A DNA stretch of 7,665 bases from Octopus sinensis (taxonomy: Eukaryota). Made by a program: the position numbers and the translations under genes. Shown here one piece after another: positions 1 through 6,920 of this stretch; position 1 is the first letter of the stretch; each line of letters begins with the position of its first letter. The notes beneath the pieces were generated by a model, which worked only from the letters and a program-made list of their open reading frames with translations, searched no databases and was not told where the DNA came from. The stretch spans positions 1 to 7,665 of the forward strand of contig NW_021828828.1 in the NCBI RefSeq assembly GCF_006345805.1, written 5' to 3'.

Positions 1-158
1 CTTTCTACTGGAGGCTCAAGGCCTCATATTTGTGGGGTGGGTACTAGTCGATTATATCGACCCATGTGTTTCACTGAATTTGAACTCAGAACGAGCGACG
101 GTCGAACACCGCTAAGCATCTCGTCCAGCGCACTAACGATTCTGCCAGCTCACCGCCT
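1..158 (-). mobile_element. tRNA-derived SINE, octopus-type family A, apparently lacking its central domain
   Basis: The minus strand reads AGGCGGTGAGCTGGCAGAATCGTTAG...GAGTTCAAATT. It has a Pol III A-box-like TGGCAGAATCG (plus 137-147) and a B-box-like GAGTTCAAATT (plus 77-87) at tRNA-like spacing. A 3' part follows: GGGTCGATATAATCGACTAG...AGGCCTTGAGCCTCCAGTAGAAAG. The family match is from my memory of octopus SINEs, not from a search. The element may extend past the window start. Confidence 0.85.
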
Positions 159-160
159 TC

Positions 161-191
<31 letters not shown>
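161..191. repeat. (ATA)n microsatellite abutting the SINE 5' end
   Basis: Perfect ATA run of about 10 units. Confidence 0.97.
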
Positions 192-193
<2 letters not shown>

Positions 194-264
194 TATACAT
201 AAATAAGTAAATGTTTCTGATGTATATCGTCATCTGTAACTCTGCTACAACTATCCAGATTGAG

Positions 265-630
265 AAACAACTAACTGGTTTTATTAAGGTCCCTTAACAT
301 TAGTCCTATTAAGGTCCCTTAAACACTGTCGCTGATAACCTCACCTTGCGGACGCACCAGCCAGTACTTGCGTAGACCCTACTGTGTGTTAAGAAGTTGT
401 GTGTGTGTGTGCGTGTTTGTTCTGCACCCCCACCACACACCGCTTACACCCATTCTTGATTTGCTTACAACTTCGGAACATTAGCGGTTCGGCGTAAGAA
501 ACCGATCGAATAAGTATCAGGCTTTGAAAAAAAGAAAGTACTCGGAGGGATGTGTCAAATCGTTTGACTAAACTCTTGAAAGCAGTGCTCCAGCATGACC
601 CTAGAATAGTGACTGAATCGAAAAACAACA
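265..630 (+). mobile_element. Old, diverged copy of the CORE-type SINE (same family as 1640-2086)
   Basis: Collinear with 1640-2086. AGTCCTATTAAGGTCCCTTAAACACTGTC matches AGTCCCACTGCGTGGCATCCTGTGCAAGAGTC. TTGCGTAGACCCTACTG..AAGAAG matches CTGGTAGACGGAAACTGAAAGAAG. Both have an internal (GT)n. TTAGCGGTTCGGC..GAATAAGTA matches TTAGCAGTTCGGC..GAATAAGTA. The 16-mer GTGCTCCAGCATGACC is exact at 585-600 and 2032-2047. The 5' boundary is uncertain. Confidence 0.75.
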
Positions 631-668
631 ACAGCAACTACAAATACCACAACCAGAACCACAACCAC
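622..668. repeat. Degenerate (CAA/CCA)n trinucleotide tract at the SINE 3' end
   Basis: AACAACAACAGCAACTACAAATACCACAACCAGAACCACAACCAC. Confidence 0.8.
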
Positions 669-927
669 GCCATTCATTGTTTCCATAAGTATTCGTGTTC
701 CATATTATTGTTATTCCCGAGTTTATCCTGACATGGCTTCTGTCTTTGACAACAAAACTACCCACCTCTGTTTTATTCATAAACTCTAAATCAGTTGGAG
801 GGGGGGGGCACCTTTCCTTCTTTACTTTCATTTTTTCTGTCTTATTCTTTTCCCCCTTTTCTACTCTTCTTCTACTTCTTCAATAATTACAATGTCTTTT
901 ACAATTATATTGTCGAGCGGAATTCAA

Positions 928-958
928 GGAGAGAGACAGAAAGAAAGAGAGAGAGAGA
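928..958. repeat. Imperfect (GA)n/(GAAA)n repeat
   Basis: AGGAGAGAGACAGAAAGAAAGAGAGAGAGAG. Confidence 0.85.
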
Positions 959-1079
959 CCATAGCTGACATTCAAAAAAAGGAAGGCTCTTGTGACCTTA
1001 ATTTCATCCTCTCGTTCACACTCATGTAACGCTAACCCATACTTACTTCATTTAATCTTTTGTTTGTTTCATTCATGCG

Positions 1080-1190
1080 TCTCTCCTTCAAACACAAACA
1101 CTCTCTTTATCTCTCTATCTCTCTAGCCATCTATATCTTTCTGTGTTTCTCTGTGTCCCTTTATCCATCAAATTATCTATCTATGCATGT
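1080..1190. repeat. Degenerate (CT)n/(CTAT)n low-complexity tract
   Basis: CTCTCTTTATCTCTCTATCTCTCT...CTATCTAT. Confidence 0.7.
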
Positions 1191-1578
1191 ATTTTCCCCC
1201 TTGTATTTCACAAACTTTTAAAGCGAGAGCGCGACGTTTCTATTATCTTAGTTTTACGATATCAATGATTGACCAGTCAACTAGAAAGCCTTAACATGGT
1301 TTCTCGACACCAGTGTCTTAATGATGTCAAGGGCACATAAATCATAAAGGAATAATAATAAAAATACACAAGTCATGGTTTAAATGCATTTGTTCAAGTC
1401 TGCTCGATTAATGGAGAAAGTACAACAACAATATCTACCACTGCTAAAAAACCCTATTAAAACTAATCCTGCAATAGTGTTTCATTGATTTAATAAAGGA
1501 CGGTAAGTAAAATTGAATACGGTTCAAATTTGCTACACATAGAAGTGAGGACACTGTACAGAACTGCCACAGGGTACT

Positions 1579-1610
1579 TCACAGACAGACACACAGACAC
1601 ACACACACAC
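1579..1610. repeat. (CAGA)n/(CA)n microsatellite
   Basis: CACAGACAGACACACAGACACACACACACAC. Confidence 0.9.
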
Positions 1611-1639
1611 TTATACACTTCTGTTAGGCAAAAATTAAT

Positions 1640-1811
1640 CAGGAGTGGCTGTGGGTAACTGGCTTGCTTACCAGCCACATGATTCCGGGTTCAGTCCCAC
1701 TGCGTGGCATCCTGTGCAAGAGTCTTCTACTATAGCTTCGGGCCAACCAAAGCCTTGTGATGGATCTGGTAGACGGAAACTGAAAGAAGCCAGTCTTATA
1801 ATGTATATTAA

Positions 1812-1843
<32 letters not shown>

Positions 1844-2086
1844 TATATTGTGTGTGTGTGTGTGTGTGTTTTTGTGTGTCTGTGGTTGTCACCCCCCACC
1901 AACATCGCTTGACAACGATGATGCTGGTGTGTTTACGTCCCCGTACTTAGCAGTTCGGCAAAAGTGACGATAGAATAAGTACTAGGCTTGCAAAGAATAA
2001 GTCCTGGGGTCGATTTGCTCGACTAAAGGCGGTGCTCCAGCATGACCGCAGTCAAATGACTGAAGCAAGCAAAAGGGTAAAGAGTA
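1640..2086 (+). mobile_element. tRNA-derived CORE-type SINE (octopus OR-like), near full length, with an internal microsatellite
   Basis: A-box-like TGGCTGTGGGT (1646-1656) and B-box-like GGTTCAGTCCC (1688-1698). CTGCGTGGCATCCTGTGCAAG (about 1700-1720) resembles the MIR/CORE motif CTGTGTGACCTTGGGCAAGT. The internal (TA)n(TG)n lies at 1801-1878. The 3' tail ends ...GTGCTCCAGCATGACCGCAGTCAAATGACTGAAGCAAGCAAAAGGGTAAAGAGTA. A second copy lies at about 265-630. No clear target-site duplication. The family name is from memory. Confidence 0.9.
1801..1878. repeat. (TA)n-(TG)n compound microsatellite inside the SINE
   Basis: Visible directly; it explains the low-complexity middle of the 1645..1950 ORF. 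Confidence 0.97.
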
Positions 2087-2232
2087 TACCGGGTCACAAA
2101 AAAACCGTATAACAAATTTGAGCGTATTCTCAGTAATGTATCACCTCGTTAAAGAATACTCTCTTGTTACTCTTGTTTCAAATTGAGTGTAAGTGTAAGG
2201 ATTTCACCACCTCCCATACACACTCACACGTA

Positions 2233-2422
2233 TGAGTCCGCCAAAAGAATCTACACACACTCCACGAAAGGAAAAATCTGTATCAATATTTGACTTGTAT
2301 AAGTACGCCCTATAAATATAGGCACCTCTTTCGATGCTTTATCAAATTGCAATAACACTGAATTAAAATATTTATACAGCTTTTTCCTTTATTGAAGTGT
2401 CCATGCTTTTTCTTTTTTGGCG

Positions 2423-2425
<3 letters not shown>
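2233..2425. mobile_element. MITE-like / foldback element with long imperfect terminal inverted repeats, flanked by TA
   Basis: 2237-2246 (TCCGCCAAAA) is the exact reverse complement of 2415-2424. 2257-2291 matches the reverse complement of 2366-2400 at 30/35 positions with no gaps. The spacer is about 74 bp. TA lies at 2231-2232 and 2426-2427. Confidence 0.65.
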
Positions 2426-2458
<33 letters not shown>

Positions 2459-2509
2459 GGAGAGAGAGAGAGAGAGAGAGAGATGGGGAGGGAGAGAGCG
2501 AGAGAGAGG
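2426..2509. repeat. (TA)n-(GA)n compound microsatellite
   Basis: A TA run joined directly to a long, imperfect GA run. Confidence 0.97.
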
Positions 2510-3789
2510 GTGGACGAAATATAATATAGAATTAGTGACTAAGCTAGACAGAACAATGGATATTTGTGGCAGCTATTATAGTCTTGGTTATTATAGGAGT
2601 GTTTGCTTTTGCTGCCCAGTTCTGCAACCAAAATACAATCATTCACTAAGTATAACGACTGGTAGTACCAATTTATATCCTGTGGTATGTAGTTTGGAAT
2701 AAATAATGGAATAAGCTTCTGAGATTTCATATGTTTATCAGTTTTTTTTCCCCCATTGATTTATACAAATCTCCGTTCATTGACCCAAAATTATACAACT
2801 GTAACTATTGAAACAACTAGAGTTAAACAGTTCAAAATCGTTTTACATGAGTAAAAAGGAAACACCTGTGAAATACTGCATGGCTGTCTTAGGAAAATGT
2901 TTCATCGTTTCCAACTACACATATGTGAATGAATTTTTTTTTCTTTCGAAAGGGCAAGTAGTCTCTTTCGTTTTATATATTGTTTCTTATGCACACAAAA
3001 CTTTTCTGTTAATTACAAATATCAATTGTCGAGAGAATAGTGTTTGACAAGCTTTTTCTTCTTTTTACATTTCTTTTGATAGTTAAAAGAAAAACGCACC
3101 AGCTCAATGTGTAGTGTGTTATTTTTTATTGTCTGTAAGTATCGTTCTTAAAAAATACTTCAAACAAAAGTATTCCCGAACACGTGTAAAATAATAACTT
3201 GCTTATTAAATCAACTATTAGCGTTTGAAGATGTTTTCTGTTTGAAAGATATACTTCTTAATCTTCTTGACGAAAAACACGAAACCAAAAGTACGAAAAT
3301 AATTAGATATGACAGTCGTGCTTCGTGGTTTTGCAAATATCATTTTAGCAGGATAAAATGTATCTTTAAAATGTTTTAATACTTTCGTCACAGATAATGG
3401 TAAAAAAAAATACCGTTGTTCTTTGATTAAATCATTATTTTTTATTCCTAAGAATTACAGATGTAAAGTTACATTTTTATTCTCTTTTAGCTAGATTTTG
3501 TTTCATTAAGTCTTACCGTTACTATTATTTTTTGCAACCTAGTGATCAATACTGCAGGTACATAGTCACTTTAATAAACATGATTAACCAAATTAAGACA
3601 CAGATGCATTATTATTACTCAACGTATATGCATCATGTGGGACTCGATAGAAAGAGAAAAATCAATTAAATACGTATGTTCGTAAAAAATTATCAGCGTT
3701 CAATCCTTGTTTAAAGTAATTTCACATACATTACGCCATTAACCTATTTCAGAATAGCATTTAATCTCCCATTTCTTCCGCACAATGCC

Positions 3790-3883
3790 ATATATATATA
3801 TATACGCATACATACATACATACATACAAAACTCTCTCTCATATATATATTATATATATATATATATGAGTGTGTGTGTGTGT
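3790..3883. repeat. Compound (TA)n-(CATA)n-(CT)n-(TA)n-(TG)n microsatellite
   Basis: Visible directly. Confidence 0.95.
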
Positions 3884-4743
3884 AAACATTGCTTGTAAGC
3901 GGGTGAATAGTGAAATGTACTCTAAGTTTAGAAATAAAATTGGAGCAAGGTTGGAAATGGAAAATGGATGAGTGTAGGAGAGAAGGGGGAAGAAGGGGGA
4001 ATTACCAAGTAGAAGAAAAATAAGATACAACGTAGAAGAACGAGGGAGAATAAAGAACGAGTAGTAAATAGATGAAGCAGGAATGCGAGTATATGAGAAA
4101 GAAATATAATTTCAAAATTTTGTGGACGTGGTGTTGGTGCGGTGGGGGGGGGCTAAGAAACAAGATATGTTCAGATATCAGTGAAGGAAGTTAGAATCTT
4201 AGAAAGAGAAGGAAAGAGGGAGAATGAAGAATGAAAAGATGGCGGAAAATAGAGCAAAGTTCATGATCTGAAATTTTATGTAAACGAAACGAGAAATGAC
4301 AATCGAAAAGTGAAACAAAATGGCTGACAAACTTGGTCTTTGTTGATTTCCTCTCTAGAATGTTCTTTCGTTCATTTATGTAATGTGTTTGTTTTTGTTT
4401 TTTTTCCTTGTATTTATTCTCTCACTAAGAACATCATTTATGTGAATTTTTTTAGGCTGTCTTACATTTTTTTAAATAGTTCTCTTCTTTCAGTTTTATC
4501 TCCTTTATTCATTTCTTTGTATTTGTATATATTTAAAATAATTTTTTTAAGACTTTTCTTCTTGTCTTTTCCTTTGCTACTCCTGCAAAATATCATTAAG
4601 ATTTCTTATTTTTAAATTTCCCTCACAATATTTCTTTACATTTTCTTTCGAGTTTCTTTCTCTTATTGTCTTCGTTCTTTTTTTAACTCTTATTTTGCTC
4701 TTTTTCTCCATCTATCTTAATGTCTTTCTCTTTAAATTTCTGA

Positions 4744-4778
4744 ACACACACACACACACATACACACATGTATATATA
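4744..4778. repeat. (CA)n-(TA)n microsatellite
   Basis: ACACACACACACACACATACACACATGTATATATA. Confidence 0.95.
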
Positions 4779-4908
4779 GTTTCCATTGTATTTCTTTTTC
4801 CTAGCAGTAGATCTCCTCAATTAAAGAATGCGAAACTTCAGAGCTGATTTAATATCGTCTACTTCACATTTCAAGGCAATACGTTTAATTAGTTATTTAT
4901 ACAGGAAT

Positions 4909-5059
4909 ATTATACATACGTACATACATACACTCACGTGTATGCATTTATCCAGAGACATAAATGCGTATATATTTATACATACATACATACATGCATA
5001 CATACATACACACACGTATGTGCAATTATCCAGAGACGTATATCCATACATAGTTCTAA

Positions 5060-5090
<31 letters not shown>

Positions 5091-5284
5091 CATACATACT
5101 ACAGACATACACACACACACATATATATATTCATGTATATATACATACATATATATAGATATATATGCATACATATATATAGCTGTACATATATATATAC
5201 ATATATATATAACTATACATACACATACCCATTTATAAATATATATACATATACACATATGTGTGTGTGAGTGTGTATGCGTGT
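4909..5284. repeat. Long compound (CATA)n/(CA)n/(TA)n/(TG)n microsatellite region containing a 78-bp-period duplication
   Basis: Visible directly; it is the source of the three HTYI/YVCM-type ORFs in the track. Confidence 0.95.
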
Positions 5285-5678
5285 AATTTACCGGTTTTAT
5301 TTGGTGCCTTCCTCCTTCACCCTACGTAACCAGCTGAAATGATAAAAGCTGAACTCTGCATCAGAAAAGGATGGCAGAAAAAAAAGTCTCCATTGTACCC
5401 TGACCGAGCGCTTCGACTAGTACTGACAACAATACCGAACAAAATCTTGTTTCGGTGAATAATTGGTGTTTTCTACTCTTGAGACATTGCATTCCGTGAT
5501 TTAATTTGTAATATTTTTTGTTTTGTTTGTTTGTTAAAACGGATGACAGGAACAAGAAAACAACTTTCTCTTTATATTGAAAAAAAAAAAAATGAGTAAA
5601 GCAAATTAACCGAAAATTACTATTGTTGGAGCTGGTCAAGTTTAAGTGGGTATGCGTTGAACATGTTCTGAGAAGGAG

Positions 5679-5950
5679 GTTGATGCTGATGAAGGTGACG
5701 ATGATGATGATGATGATGATGTTGATGAATGTGATGATAATAATGATGATAGTGATGTCGACTGTTGTCGATTTTAAAAAAAACCGTATCTAAAAAAGGC
5801 AAAGACGATGTTGGGAAGGTTGAAGTGAACATTCCTACTAATTATATTGATGGGTGATTATGATTATGACGACGATAACGACGAGGAAAGCCACAATAAT
5901 AAAAATAATGATGATTATAATGATGGTGATGATGGTGATGATTATGTTGT

Positions 5951-5985
<35 letters not shown>

Positions 5986-6232
5986 GTTATGAAGATGGTG
6001 ATGATGATGGCCAATGGAAGACGACGACTGAAGACCTGCGTCCAAAGATAATATTGAGATGGATGAGAATTATGATAGTAGTGATGAAGACGACGATAAT
6101 GAGAATCACGACATCGATGACGATGATGATGATGATGACGACACGACGACGACGACGACGATGATGATGATGATAATGATGATCAGGATCAGGATGATGT
6201 GATACGATAAGGAAGATCAACAATATCAAGAT
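5679..6232. repeat. Long degenerate (GAT/GAC/AAT)n trinucleotide tract with phase slips
   Basis: Pure GAT cores at about 5699-5720 and 5952-5984 and a GAC run at about 6144-6160, with degenerate flanks. It gives poly-D, poly-M and poly-H ORFs on both strands. Confidence 0.95.
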
Positions 6233-6356
6233 TAATGGCAATCATTTATTTTTATTGTTGCTAATTGTATATCAGAATCAATAGATCATGCAATAAAATG
6301 TATGGCCATATTCATGCTACCCTTATTTGTCTTATTAGTCCAAATACTATGGGGGG

Positions 6357-6404
6357 GGGGGTCGATTTTGCCTTTTCTGCACCGAGATCAATAAAACAAG
6401 TACT
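6357..6404 (+). mobile_element. Diverged SINE central-domain fragment (family A-like)
   Basis: GGGGTCGATTTTGCCTTTTCTGCACCGAGATCAATAAAACAAGTACT resembles the recalled octopus SINE central domain GAGGTCGACTTTGCCTTTCATCCTTTCGGGGTCGATAAAATAAGTACC. The AAGTACT ending is also seen in the SINE tail at about 1977-1983. Confidence 0.6.
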
Positions 6405-6713
6405 AATCTATTAACAGAGAGGCTACGTTAAATCGGCTCTACCTTCTACCAGGGTATGCAGCTTCTACCAGGATACGTTGTTGTCGATCTTGTTAAGTGA
6501 AGATCAGATCATGATACAGTTAATCTAAGGCAACAGCTAAAGGAAATATCCGCATTGTGACCAGCGATGTGTAGCAACATCTGATAGCCTGGTCGGCCAC
6601 GTTGATCAAGGTGATTTATTATCATCATCATTATTATTATTTGTGTGCATAATGCAATGTGCATTAACGTATGATAATATCGAAGAACTCAGCAAATTCT
6701 GCATTTTAGTAGA

Positions 6714-6920
6714 CAGTATATATGTGTATATATGTGTATAATAGCTTTGTTAGCCTTCCATTGCTGCACAGTTTCAACAATGAAAAATCCATGACTAACT
6801 GACCTATAATGCACACGCACGCATATATATATATATATTATATATATATATATATAATATATATATATATATAATATATATATATACATACATACACAAC
6901 ATACACGCACACACATATGA
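6714..6920. repeat. TA-rich microsatellites (short TATATG units at about 6716-6740; long (TA)n/(CA)n at about 6810-6920)
   Basis: Visible directly. Confidence 0.9.

Noticed and set aside
75-158. tRNA gene
   Set aside because: The A- and B-boxes belong to a SINE head. I could not find a complete cloverleaf or a poly-T terminator. The same applies to 1640-1700.
336-395. Apparent minus-strand mini-exon (CACACAGTAG|GGTCTACGC...CCGCAAG|GTGAGG)
   Set aside because: It lies within the old CORE-SINE body, and its GC richness comes from the SINE. There is no polypyrimidine tract and no other support.
1463-1508. Microexon 1478-1502 (CTAAT...TAG| ... CG|GTAAGT)
   Set aside because: The donor is good, but the acceptor lacks a pyrimidine tract, the putative branch point is too close, and 25 nt is not frame-preserving.
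2085-2121. Tc1/mariner-like terminus TATACCGGGTCACAAAAAAACCG
   Set aside because: I found no matching inverted end in the window; the resemblance is only general.
2111-2180. Hairpin GAGCGTATTCT / AGAATACTCTC and a possible inverted SINE tail remnant
   Set aside because: Only an 11-bp match with one mismatch in AT-rich sequence, which is not distinguishable from chance.
3273-3333. Imperfect inverted repeat AAAAACACGAA / TTCGTGGTTTT
   Set aside because: Short, needs gaps to extend, and has no terminal signature.
798-6361. G-runs (about 798-808, 4141-4152, 6351-6361) as G-quadruplex or regulatory elements
   Set aside because: Isolated homopolymer runs without multiple spaced G-tracts.
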